A stretch of 64,000 bases of DNA from Vermamoeba vermiformis (lineage: Eukaryota). The stretch is from contig JBEWZL010000091.1 of NCBI GenBank assembly GCA_045837725.1, forward strand, positions 1 through 64,000. Direction: 5' to 3'. This document shows positions 11,173 to 26,658 of this stretch, one piece after another; positions within the stretch are counted from its first letter, which is position 1; each line of letters opens with the position of its first letter. The notes under the pieces were generated by a model. It was given only the letters and a program-made list of their open reading frames with translations. It did not search any database and had not been told where the DNA came from. A program made the position numbers and the translations under genes.

Positions 11173-14070
11173 ATGTATAAACTCGTATTATTTGGCGCTC
11201 TTTGCGCGTTCTACCTCGCTGGATCGTGCGTCGCGCAAGTGCCTCAAGTCTGCGTGCAGCCATTTGCCTTTCCTGTTCCAATCTGGCTCGGAGAAAGTAA
11301 GTACTAGAGCGATAAATATTTGTATAATTTCAACTTGTAACGCAAAATGCTCGCTGATTCTTTTTGGATGCAGTTCCGATCTTATTTTCGAACTCACCGT
11401 AATTGCAAAATTGAGAATTCTAGAATACTGATATTTATTTAGATGGTACTGGACCTGCGTGCAGCAAAGGATTTTATTGTCCTTTTATCGTTGAAAGCAA
11501 TAACGCAACTTGGCCATCCGTGTGCCCGCCAACAGTCAATTGCACAGTCACGAGATTATCAGGAAATTTATGCGAAGCTCAAGGACTGTTCGAGCCAATA
11601 GTGTGTCCAGCTGGCTATTACTGCCCTGATTTTAGAACGAAGACGATCTGCCCCGAAGGACATTTCTGTCCTTTAGGAACGGTCGAACCTTATGTCTGTG
11701 AGGCAGTTAGCGAGTGTCCTGAAGGGTCGAGTCAACGGCGATATTGGGGAGCGCTCATTATCATCGCGTGCGTGGATGTGGGTCTTGGCGCACTTCTATT
11801 CGCGTACCTTTTTACTCGTCAAAAGAAGGCACAAGCACATAGCAAGCGATTCAAACTCATTGAACCGAGCGCTGGAGGTGATCACGGCCATACAGAGTCG
11901 TTAGAAACAGTTGTGCAGATGAAGCCAGCTGTTGCAGTCCTCGTCGATGGATTCGCTAGATCTCGCGGAAACTCACCAGCACTCGACATATTCTTTGAAG
12001 ATTTACGACTCACCTTGCCCAAGAAGAACAAGACACTGCTGGCAGGCGTCACTGGCTCGATGAAAGCAGGCAATATGACCGCTATCATGGGCCCGTCAGG
12101 TGCTGGAAAGACGACCTTTATCAGCACTCTGATGGGCAAAGTGAACGCGTCCTGGGACAGATCTGGCACGTTGAGTATCAACGGCGTCGAGACCACGTGC
12201 TCGGCTATCAAATCATCGATCGGATATGTCCCGCAAGAAGACATCATGCACCGCGAACTGACGGTCTGGCAGAACATTTGTTACTCTGCTGACACTCGTC
12301 TGCCGCCTAGTTGGACACGAGAGGAGCGTTATGCATACTGTGAAAGGTAAGCCCTGATCATATCGAATGTTTGGCCGAAAAATCCTTGTTTCAAAGAAAC
12401 CAGATCCGATTGATTTGATTTCTCGCTTAATTTTCTTTGAACCGTTAATTATGCACATCAAACCAAATAATTATTTCTATATATGGAATAATGTATTATT
12501 ATCTAAATGTCATTAATTTAAAACGCATCTGGCTTTTAGCTCGTTGTCTAACTTTTATTGTTACAGTATCTTGGAAGTGCTCAATCTTCAGTCAGTCAAA
12601 TATCAGCGCATTGGCAATGAAGAAAAGAGAGGCATTAGCGGTGGTCAACGAAAGAGAGTCAACATTGCGATCGAACTCGCAGCAGCACCCTTGATCTTGT
12701 TTTTGGACGAACCAACTACCGGTCTCGACGCATCAGCGGCGCTAGAAGTCTGCGAGATTTTGAATAAGATTGTCAAGCTGACTAATATCAACGTGGCTGT
12801 CGTTATTCATCAACCGAGAATTGAGATCTGGAACTCGTTGGACAATCTTTTGATCTTGGCACCAGGCGGCAGAACGGTCTATTTAGGACCTCAAAAATAC
12901 GTTCAAGAATATTTCTCAAAGCATCTCGGTCTTCAATTCCAAACTTTTGAAAATCCAGCGGATACGTTAATGGATGCGATCTCAATCAACGGCTCTGCCT
13001 ACGCTGACAAATGGAAAGATGACGGCAGCACTCTCTTATCGCAAATGATCAATAAGAAAGTACCGCCACCAGTTCCACCTCGCCAGAACAAGAGATTCAG
13101 CAAAACAGTCGAAGTTTTTGACGCTTATGCAGTGAACCACGGCTACAATTATCAATTTGAAGAACGAACAGACACACAAGAGATGCATGTTAATATAGAG
13201 ACGCATATAGGAGACTACAGCAACTTCAGTTTGACAGCGATCTCGAAGAGATCTGGCGCGACGTGGATCCGTCAATTGTTGCTCAGTCACGTCCGTTCAG
13301 TGAAACAACAAGCCGTCAACTACCAATCACTATTGATCGAGATGGCACTCTCGACACTTGCAGGCATTTTGATCGGAATGTCAAACACAGACACGTACAA
13401 AGGCGTGTTGAAAGGCAACTACGTGCTCATCTCACCGACACCAGCAGAATTCGTTATTCCGCTCAAAGGCCTCTTTATCAACCTTGCTATTGGTCTCGCG
13501 GCTTCAGCAGCAGGCGTGCGAACCTTCGGCGATGAACGCGTGATTTATTTCCGCGAAACAGCGTCTGGCCATTCACCGTCCGCGTACTACTTGGGCGTGT
13601 CACTGTCAGTCTTGTATCGCATCTTCATCATGGCACTTCACTTTGCCGTGCTATTCTACGTCGTTGGCATGCCCATGGCGTCGCTAGGCCACATCTACGC
13701 GATTTGTTTTGGTGTCTATTTTGCCGTGTACGGACTCGGTGCCATCATCTCAATGATTTTCAAACGCGAAGACGCACCGTTGACAGCTGTCATTGCGACA
13801 CTTGTAGCAGCGATCATGTCGGGATTCATCAACGTGTTTCCGCTCGGTCTCAAAGCAGTCTCATACGCGTTTTGGAGTGGCGAAGCATTTTACTCGGGTG
13901 AAGTCAAGCCATTCAGCAACATTTACGACCTGAGTGTGGCAAAAGATGTGTGGGACTACGATCTCGAGCGATTTGACGGTGATATTGTGGCAGTCGTGTT
14001 TTATGGTGTGGCTTATCGAATGATTGCGTACGTGTTGATGATCATGCTCAACAGAGACAAGCAAAAATAA
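11173..14070 (+). CDS. ABCG-family half transporter with signal peptide and Cys-rich extracellular N-terminus (ADP1/plant ABCG24-28-like architecture)
   Basis: ATG 11173 signal peptide; C..G.YCP repeats; TM helix; Walker A GPSGAGKTT; signature ISGGQRKR; LDEPT; IHQPR; C-terminal multi-TM domain. Confidence 0.92.
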
Positions 14071-14109
14071 ATGTTTATTAAACAGATTCAAACGTCAGAT
14101 CGACTTAAA

Positions 14110-16583
14110 TTACATTTTTTTCAACATGTTAAGGCACTCTTGAATTGTTGGTCGTTGTTCTGGTTCTGTTTTGCAACACATCATGATCAACTCACAAAGC
14201 TGATCATCAGCCACATTATCCCTGATCCTCTTCATTCGTTTACTTTCATCTCCAATAATTGGCAGAACTGTATTTGTGCACATTTCATAGAGCAGCACTC
14301 CAAATCTAATTAAACTTGTAAGGACTGTAACAGTGAATGATACTACATACGAATATATATCAGCACTTTGATTGTAGGGTTCCTCAGCAAGTATTTCAGG
14401 TGCCATAAAGTAGTTAGTGCCAGCAACAGTGTTAGCAAGTGATCTTTCATTCAAAAATCGTGAGTGACCAAAATCAGCTATCTTTGCCAGTGTTTTTCCA
14501 TTAAAAAGCTGTAATGGATTAATTGAATTGTTTAATTCAAAAATTTGACATACCAAAACATTTGCACTTTTAAGATCACGGTGTAGAACATGTAGTCTAT
14601 GAAGGTATGCTAGTCCAGAAGCAACATCACAAGCATAAGATAGGATGTCCTTGCAAGGTAGCTTGACCTTTTGTTTGTGAAGGATGTCATACAGTGAGCC
14701 ACCATCAGCATACTCCATGATCAATGAAATTTCAATATCTTTGCCAGTACACAATCCAAATGGAGTTATTATGTTGTCATGACAAAACTTCCTATAGAGT
14801 GAGTTAGTTACAGCAAGAAGTGCTAAATTACTCACATTAATGTCATCACTTCACCAACAAATTTATCATCATCAAGTGCAATTGGTCTCTTTAGAGCTAC
14901 TTGTTTCCCATTCCAATCAGCCAAATGAACTTCACCAAATCCACCTTTGCCAAGCAGTTTGCTAACTTTAATATCTTTGTGTGGAATTCCTTTAATTATT
15001 TCATCTCTTATTCTCTCTTTTTCTGTTAACCACTCTTTGTTATCTGGCTTTAATTCATAAAATAAGCTGAAGTCAATGTAAGCTTTGTGTACCATATTCA
15101 ATGCATTATGGACTCTAGCACGTATTAATATAGTAAATTCATCGTTTGGTTCAAGTTGATCAGCTCTATTCAGATCCTCCAATGCTCCTTTGTAATTGTC
15201 AAGCATTTGCTTTGTTGCTCCTCTACATTGTAGTGTAAATGCATTATTTGGTTGAAGTTGATCAGCTCTGTTCAGGTCATCCAGTGCTCCTTTGTAATCA
15301 CCAAGCAATCGTTTTGTTTCTCCTCTACATTTTAATGTAATTGCATCATTTGGTTCAAGTTGATCAGCTCTGTTAAAATCATCCATTGCTCCATTGAAAT
15401 CACCAAGTAATCGTTTTGTATCTCCTCTATATTGTAGTGTAAATGCATTGTTTGGCTCCAGTTGATCAGCTCTGTTCAGATCATCCAATGCTCCTTTGTA
15501 ATCACCAAGCATTCGTTTTGTATCTCCTCTATATTGTAGTGTAAATGCATTATTTGGTTCAAGTTGATCAGCTCTGTTAAAATCTTCCAATGCTCCTTTG
15601 TAATTATAAACCATTATTTTTGTTGCTCCGCTCTGTTGTAGTGTAAATGCATTATTTGGTTCAAGTTGATCAGCTCTGTTCAGATCATCCAATGCTCCTT
15701 TGTAATCACCAAGCATTTGTTTTGTATCTCCTCTATATCGTAGTGTAAATGCATTATTTGGTTCAAGTTGATCAGCTCTGTTAAAATCTTCCAATGCTCC
15801 TTTGTAATCATCAAGCATTCGTTTTGTATCTCCTCTATGTCGTAGAGTAAGTGCATTATTTGGTTCAAGTTGATTGGCTCTATTAAAATCCTCCAATGCT
15901 CCTTTGTAATCACCAAGCATTTGTTTTGTTACTCCTCTATATTGTAGTGTAAATGCATTATTTGGTTCAAGTTGATCAGCTCTGTTCAAATCTTCCAATG
16001 CTCCTTTGTAATCATCAAGTAATCGTTTTGTATCTCCTCTCTGACATAGTGTAAATGCATTATTTGGTTCAAGTTGATCAGCTCTGTTCACATCCTCTAA
16101 TGCTCCTTTGTAATCATCAAGCAATCGTTTTGTCACTCCTCTTAATTTAAGTGTAACTCCATCATTTGGTTCAAGTTGATCAGCTCTGTTAAAATCCTCC
16201 AATGCACCAGGGTAATTTTTAACCACTAGCTTCAAGACCCCTCGCATGGTTAGCATCCCTGGATCATTAGGGTCTAATTGAGATGTTCTATCAAAATCTA
16301 CTCTGGCTCCATCATAGTCGTTCATCACTCGCTTCACATCCGCACGACATGAAAGAGTGAACACATCGTTAGGGCACAATTCATCAGCTCTGTTGAGGTC
16401 TGATAGTGCTCCATTCAAATCACGCAATATCCTCTTTGTGTTTCCTCGCCACTTGAGAATGTTAGCGTTGTTGGGATCGAGTGCGCTGGCCTGTTCAAAA
16501 ACTTCTAGTGCCTGACCGAATTCTTCCGCTTCGTATTTTTGAATTCCAAGCTCCAACAAATCAGTAATGCTAATTTTCTCCAT
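14110..16583 (-). CDS. TPR-repeat array + TKL-type protein kinase
   Basis: About 15 34-aa TPRs, then GKGGFG, VALK, HRDLKSAN, DFG, APE. Short introns only in the kinase part. Confidence 0.95.
15130..16215 (-). repeat. Coding tandem array of ~10-11 near-identical 102-bp units (TPR)
   Basis: TTTGGTTCAAGTTGATCAGCTCTGTT...AATGCTCCTTTGTAATC recurs every 102 bp. Confidence 0.97.
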
Positions 16584-16933
16584 TATTACTTGATTTTAAC
16601 GTTTCTGCAATCCGGTTTTTGGCCAAAGATCCAAATTACCAAGATCTTTGAATAAAAGTAATTAATACATTTTCCGTGGCTAAAAAAATTAGAATAGGAA
16701 TAATTCGGTATACTGGCTATAATTTTAACATACAAGCACAAGAAAATAAACCGAATTAATTTTGGATCATAACGTCAAAGTCAATTATTACTCACCCCAG
16801 CGATAACGAAAAAAAGGATTGTATCTTTCGAACTGAAATTTATTGCGAGGTGTCGGTGTGGTTGTGGCGTGCTTATGAACATTAAAAGAAACAAAAATCT
16901 TTACACGTCTCGTACCCAACGTCAAATACCACA

Positions 16934-17632
16934 ATGGGTCTTAATTCAAAATATTCAATAGCTTTATTCGTGCTTTGCATAATAATTGGTGTAAGTCTGA
17001 TGGATGGATAAAGTTTCAATCTGATAGTTACAATTGCGACTTGGTTAAATCATTTGAATTAGGTTTTTTGCGGCATTAGCTGGGGTCTATGGGCCTACGG
17101 TTGGTTCCCTTACATGCGCGGAGCCATTGGATTAGTCCTTGCAATTCTTGGTTGCATTGGTGCTTGGAAGAAAAATCCCGGATTGTTATTTATCGTAAGT
17201 ATTTCTTATTAACATGACGATTCTTGTTTTAAACATGCATTGTCAATTGAAAAATCTTTTGTCGGACATCCGATCGCTAACTTTGACAGTCACCAACAAT
17301 TACTATTGGCAATAATTCCGATAATATTATTAATAAATTTCATTAGACTGCCCTCGGATTCCTTATTGTCGGCTGCTTAGCGGTTGTTGAGCTGATTTTG
17401 ATTGTCGTTCAAGTGCAAGGCCACCTTCCTGTCGGTGCTGTAGCCTCTGCTGCAATTTGGATTGCTATTTATGTAAGTACTCGAATAATCATGCTTATTT
17501 ATTCTTTAAGAAAGATTTTCTTCTACGGCAAAGTATCTTCGATCTGATTAAAATAATTATTTTATTCAGCTTGTTACCGCTTGGCTTGCTTATGTATTGC
17601 GTGGTCGTCATATGAGATGGACTAAGATTTAA
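16934..17632 (+). CDS. Small four-TM membrane protein (tetraspanin/MARVEL-like)
   Basis: Four exons join to MGLNSKYSIALFVLCIIIG-VFCGISWG...LGCIGAWKKNPGLLFI-TALGFLIV...AIY-LVTAWLAYVLRGRHMRWTKI*. Not in the ORF track because the exons are short. Confidence 0.75.
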
Positions 17633-17800
17633 ATCAGCACGCTCAACTTGAAGTATTTAGCAACGCATAATAAACAGCGATGCAGCTAAACAAATCCGTC
17701 AAATCCGTCAAAGTTGCAAAAACGAAACTTTATTCAACAAAAATAGATTATCGGGTGCTCATAATATGTTATGCCCATGCTTCTGACTCAACTAACGGTC

Positions 17801-20143
<2,343 letters not shown>

Positions 20144-20348
20144 TTCTTTTAATTTCTTGTTGAATAGAGTGAAATTACGTATGCGAATGATTTTTGACGC
20201 GCACAAAGGCTTTTATCTGTGACCAATACAGATTTCTTCGAGTTTTCATTCTTCCATCAAATTTCTTCGTGGATCCGGCGCCTGTACAAGACCCGAGAAT
20301 CAGAATAATATAGGGCACGATATCTGTTTAGGTACGCACTCGGACATA

Positions 20349-22568
20349 CTAAGCTAGCATCACAGAGGCATCGCTGACGTAACCATCCATTTCAATAAAG
20401 TCCACTTGATCGACTTCGCTGCTGGTCCTGGGCAACAATTGCAGATCCGGTCGCAAATTGTTGTTTTCACCGTTCAGTGAACTTTGATTCTTCTTGCGGA
20501 GATGACGGGTGAAGAACGGGATTAAATCTTCTCGATCAAAGGCCAAGAACGCGTTGTTAATTTCAGTGGCACCTCCTTTAGTAGGCAGTTCCATCATAAC
20601 ATCTTCTTCAGCTTCTTTGCCGATCTGGATCCAACAATTAAATTTTCAGTGAAAGTATGAAACTCGCGTAACGTACCTTAATTTTCAATGCCTTCAGTAT
20701 AGGCACCGTCAGACCACCAAATATGATCACAGTGATGAATACTATGATCAAAGTCGTCGACTGAATGACAGTCTTGGCTTGACTGGGCACATCCACCGTC
20801 AGCGAAAACGCCATGGCACCTCTAATACCCGAGAACCACATCATGATCTGGTGATTGAAGGGTATTCTATTGCTCTTCTCGCGTCGAAGATTGGCCACTC
20901 CGACCAATGGGAATGTGTTTGCCGCTCGTGCCAGTAGCAGAATTGGAATAGACCATAAAATCAATCCGATGTCAAATTTCTGTTGGGCCATATTAGTGTA
21001 CGATTCCAAATAAGGTAATAACGATAACTTGACGTACTTGTTTAAATAAGAACACGGCCATGCCCAAGTAAATGAAGACAAAAGTTTCAGCCATCTTTGC
21101 GATGATTTCAAAAAACTTCTTGCTGGCACGTTGCGAGACCCTATTTGATCAAATCAATAAGATTGCCCAATTAGGAAGTGCATTTGACTTACGAAGATAA
21201 ATTTTTGAAGCTGTAGTGACCCATAGTTATACCGCAGATAAAAATAGCAATAATTCCCGAGAGATGCAAGCCCTCAGCGATGTAATAACTGAAGTATGTG
21301 TATAAAATAAGCACTAGTGTCTCTATAATGGGCATTTTGTATAGTGACGTGTACTTGAACAGCTGAAAAAAATGATTAGATCTGGATCGGGTACTTTCGT
21401 CGCTTGTAAAGCCGTTACAATTATAACGTTTAAGTTGTACTTACAATAGCATTCAGGAGACCGACGACCACAGCTACTATAAACGATCCAAAGCAGATAT
21501 AGATCACTTTCAATATGGCAATAAAGATCGAAAGACCCGTTACTTCAGCGGTCTGAAATCCAATAATCGTCCTGCAATACCGATCAGTATTAGCTATTTA
21601 ATGGACCGACGTGTTATATTAACGTACTTGTATAATACAAATGCAACGCCATCGTTCAAAGAAGATTCGCCAAAAATATTTGCGTAGACGCGTGCATCTA
21701 CACCCACAGCTTTGAACAAGGCAAGAATGCTGACAGTATCAGTAGCAGATATCAATGCGCCATAGATGAAGCAGTCGTTGAGCGTTAGGCCGTAGGTCGT
21801 AAATCCTAATAAATTGTTGAAATTTCGATCGTTGATGTTTGAAGATCCAGATCTCGTTCGTAATTTTCTTACCTGCTTTTACAACGCTGAATATCAACGC
21901 CCCCGTCAACAGAGTTGATATAGTAGTGCCTAGCAATGCTGTTGCTAGAATTGAATCGAGATTATGGAAGAACGGGCCCTAGTACAAGAAGTTAATAAAA
22001 ACTGGCGAAATTACAATTAAATACGTGCTTACTCGTTGTAAATTGTATCCAGACTCGAATAATATCGGAGGCAATACGACTAAGAAGAAAAACTCCTGAT
22101 TGAACGACAAGAAAGTCCGCAGTTGATCCACATCCGTTGTGTAATGAATGATAGCTCCGACAGCGATGCCTATTTAGGGAATTTGCTATTAGTATCGTAT
22201 AAAATAACGAAATTTTACTATAAAAATGAAAGATATTATCACAATTATGAAAAATATCCGATTATTTTTGCGGAAGCGGATCTGGCGGTGTACCGGCCCG
22301 GAGTGGCCGTCTATACACCGGTATGATATTAATACTTGCCTAATATCAATCCTACACCAGACTCGTGCAAATATACGAAGTGGATCTGATGCAGCAAGTA
22401 GCCGAACAAAAAAGTCGCGACTAATAGGCCCATTAATACGAGCAATCCAAAGCCTAAAATTGCTTCGTCTGTAGGCGCAGTTTGATTAAATAAGGCCTCG
22501 CTGCATAATGGCAACAACGCAAATGCGACAACTATGATTATAAGAAATGCTGTCAATTTGACTTTCAT
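20349..22568 (-). CDS. Na+/H+ exchanger (CPA1, NHE/NHX-like)
   Basis: LHES, FFLVVLPPIIFESGYNL, ISATD.V, IFGESSLND, HLSGIIA, GIRGAMAFSL. Confidence 0.93.
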
Positions 22569-23275
22569 CTTTGTTTGTTCGGATGTGGATGCGTTGTTGA
22601 GCGTTGTTTAAACGATAATAAAATAACAAAATAGCGAAAATTCCGTTCAAATGATAAATTAACAACTAAAATACGGCGGGTAATAGTTATTTGAAATCTA
22701 ATTTGCCGATTTACGCCAATTCACACATACGTGTCTACCTATTTTGAATAATCAGTTAATTTACATTAGAGATTGTACATTAATTAGCGCAAAATTATGT
22801 TGTGGTCCGCGTTGCTATGCGGCAGCAACCGGATCAGCAGGTTCTTAGTTGTACTACACTGATCCAATTAAATTTTCAGTCGTGAAATCTATGTTACGTA
22901 ACGCATAACTAATATTTAAGTTTTCACATTAAGAATAATCATACGTTGGAATGTAATTTGGTTTGATCCATTAAATCTGGGTTCAGATTTCGTTTACAAA
23001 AATCGTAAAAATTTGTCCATGATAATAAATTTATAATATTTCGATCGCTATCGATATTTTAACGAGTCACAACGGTTTCAAAAACTTACTTGCATTTTTA
23101 CGACTTCGATCTTTTGCCCGCGCTTTTCCTCCGATCTAACTCGAGTCCACTAGGTGTGCCGCATGCATACTAATTGCTTTCTATCATGTACTTGAAATCT
23201 CCATTGCATTTGTGTTGCTAGATTGGGTTTTTGAAAGCTTGTTAAGTTAATTCACCTAGAAGACTTAACAACACA

Positions 23276-24606
23276 ATGGCGCAAGCAGCTAAAGCCCTCA
23301 AAGTACTTGTCGGAGGAGGCACAGGATTTATTGGCAAGCATGTCACTAATATTTTACGCAATAAAGGCCACCAAGTAAGCGAGAAAAAATTTCGGATGTC
23401 ACGCGCTGTCGCAGACTGAAATAATATCTGATATTAAAGCAAAAATCTCTACTAATTTCGCAATAAAGGTCACTATATTATCGCGTTCAAGTGGACCTGG
23501 CCACATCACTTGGAAAGATTTCGAAAAAAATACTGATATTAGTGAATTCAATGCTACTATTCAAGTACGAATGCTCATTATGCAATCCACAACATATAGT
23601 ACATTTAAAGATTCTAATTTATTGCGAACTTGCCTGTAGTTAAGCGGAGCACCAGTCCTTGAGCAACCTTGGACAGCAGATCGCAAGAAAGAACTGCTCG
23701 CATCACGTGTGGACCTCACTAAATTAATCGTATCAAAGTTAGAGAACGCCACTAAGCCTCATACATTTGTTCAAGGCAGTGCAATTGGATTTTATCCTTC
23801 CGAGTACGTAATTGAACTAGCCTTTCTACGAGTTACTTATCAATACTATGCTTAGTAAAACCGCTCAATTTGATGAAAATTATATGGGCCCTCCTGCTAA
23901 TGACTTTGCTGGTGAATTAGTTTCAAGACTCGAAGGTAGATCGCGAATCCACTGTAACATTTGAGTACCAGCTAACACTGTAGTTTAGACGCTAGTGAAC
24001 CGTTAACGAAGAATGAAAATATAAGGAGAGTATTGGTACGCACAGGCATTGTATTGGGACGCGAGGGAGGCATGTTGAAAATTATTCAAATTTCAAATTC
24101 TTTCAAATGTGCTAATACTATGAGCAGGTGCGTTCCCGCAAATGATCTTGCCATTAGGATTGGCATATGCAGGCAAAATGGGCGCAGGAGATCAATATTA
24201 TCCGTGGATCCACGTCGATGACATCGCTCACTTGTTCACTTATTGCGTCGAACACGACGTATCTGGCATTGTCAACGGTGTTGCTCCTCGTAAGTAGCCG
24301 ACACCTAATATAGTATTTTATACTTATTATGGTACAGATGCCGTCACCAATGGCGAGTTTGCGAAGATTTTAGGCAAGATTGGTGGCAAGTTCACGATAC
24401 CCGTGCCAGACATTGTGGTCCGAACAATGTTTGGCGACCGTGCCTTCATGATCCTGGTTCGTAATAGATATTATTCATGTATAATATTCTGATAATTTCC
24501 TTTTTAGGAAGGTTCAAAGATTCTGCCAACTCGTACTCTTGAATCGGGATTCAAATTCGAATATCCGACTCTTGAGAGTGCAATTAAAGAACTCGTTGGC
24601 AAATAA
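23276..24606 (+). CDS. NAD-dependent epimerase family protein (SDR39U1/TIGR01777-like)
   Basis: GGTGFIG, SRV..T, GSAIGFY, RTGIVLG..GG, G.G.Q..PWIH.DD, NGVAP..VTN..F, P.R.LESGF.F.YP. Confidence 0.9.
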
Positions 24607-24709
24607 TTTGGCATGTATTATTACTACACTAGTATTTTGTTATTTATCTATAAATCTACGGACAAACTTTCAAGATCTAGATCGATCTTTCATACAGTAT
24701 AACTTCACC

Positions 24710-26490
24710 TTAGAACAAAGCGACGATGAATGAAGCAACCAAGAACAACAAAGAGATGTTGTTGGCAACACCCATGCTGACAGTAGAGCAAGTACCGTCC
24801 TCTGCAAATCGTAACAAGTCAGATTAGATCCTTTGGTACACGAGGCATTAACGCAACACTTACCAACTTTAACGGTGAAATCAGCAGCGCCAGTAGTATA
24901 GACCTTATAGTACTTGCGGTCCTGATTAGTTCCAACGCTGACGCAAGCATTGCTGCCGAACGATTGAGGCTGCGAGACGGATGCAGAGCAGTCAGTGCCC
25001 ATGGCGGTGATACCAACATCACCTGAGCCGCCAGTTCTGCGGACCACAATACGCTAATAATGTCGTAAGTGCCAATTTATAATCATTAAAATTACTATTA
25101 ATACCTTGGTGGACTTGGTGTTGTCGAACGCATCCGTAGCGAAGATTCTGGTGGTGGCCTTGGAGACGCTCATGTCTTGGTCGGGATCATTGACGTAGTC
25201 CAAAATTCCATCTAATCCCTATATTTAGAATATATATAGAAGGGACTACACTTTACGTACTGTAAGTATTAGCCGTGATCGAGTAAGATCCGGTTGAAGA
25301 CCCACCGAAAGCAGCGACAATAGCAGTGGAGTACTCGCTGCTGCTGCACAAGCTACCATCACCGGAAGAACTAACGAGGACATCAGCACTAGCAGCGGTA
25401 GGAAGTTGGTTTCTGGGCGAGCAAGTATGTTAGTTCAGATTCTGCATCCGTTGAACTCGTTACTTACTGAGAGGCACCAAAGGTCGTATCAGCAGGACCA
25501 TTAAACTCGAGCAAGACAAACTTGTTGGGTTCAATCGAGAGCTCGTAGTATTCCTTATCCGCTGCGGCAATGTTTCCTGTCTTCTGCTCACCTACATTCA
25601 TAGGAGAGACGGAAACTGTACGGTAGTTAGTATACAAGTATTATCTATGTTGTCTTGACGGCAATAAGATATTAATTTGCGATGTTCTAGGTCACATCTG
25701 GTTTCTACAAAAAAAATCTTACCTTCAGGAGCTGTGACGGTAACTTGAGCGCAAGCCAACCTAAAAATATCATTATATGCCCCTATTAATATCCATTACT
25801 GCAGTATCTTACCAGCCGCTCCAGCGCTGAAATTGAATTTTCGGTCAGATCAAATTGTACGTAAATTCAAAATTTAACCAGCTTACCCATCGCATATAGT
25901 AAGTGCCAGGCTCCTTGGTAATGAAGAATGATTTTTCGTGGCTCGAAGGAGACCTGCATTCCCATTGCCACATAATGTTCTGATCGAAAGAGGTCTCGTT
26001 AGCGGATGTGGCCAAAGCAACCGTGCAAGGAGCAGTGTTATGACCTCCTCCAATGCTAAAAGTAGAGTCGATATTTCTAAGCACATAGTGATTAATTAAG
26101 TAACGTTGTTTGAGGTGGAATGTACCTCCGCTTCAGAAGGGAGTACACATCTGTAAGCTATTGTACCCGTATTTAGGCAAAGTAACACTACCAGGACCAA
26201 CACCAAATCCGCAAGGCTTATCTTGCGAGGCAGACGCTTGAGTATCGCCTACGAATTAGATTAGTAATTTTAATCCAGTACAAATGCAATATAATTAGTG
26301 ATGTAAGCATAATTATGAGCAATTTACCTTGATAATTAGCAGGAGTAGGCTTAATCATCCAACTGTAAATAAAATTAATTAGTTACGGATTGGCGGTCTT
26401 TTATTACTGTTAAGTTTATTACCCGTGACCGTAAGCAGCAACGCACAATGATGCAAGCACCACGAAAGCAAGAGCAAAAATCTTAGCCAT
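24710..26490 (-). CDS. GPI-anchored protein with N-terminal LPMO-like (histidine-brace) domain and two beta-rich extracellular domains
   Basis: Signal peptide ending AYG, then HGWMIKPTP; KPCG; GGGH...PC; YYMRWRWSGWLACAQV. C-terminal hydrophobic tail SMGVANNISLLFLVASFIVALF*. Confidence 0.7.
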
Positions 26491-26658
26491 AGTGATGTGT
26501 AGATATTCTCCGTTAATTTTCTAAAATAAAAGTTACTCGCCGCTTGCCTGATCTGGAATTTATGAAATTTATTTTTTCTTCGTTTCTCAGTTTCGTTTTG
26601 CTCGGTTGCTCACAAAAACGCGTTCGTCAATGCCAAATTAACAGCCATCATTCAGCTT

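Noticed and set aside
15130-16215. Regular repeat array as a CRISPR-like locus
   Set aside because: Period is exactly 102 bp, in frame, encodes TPRs, and has no unique spacers.
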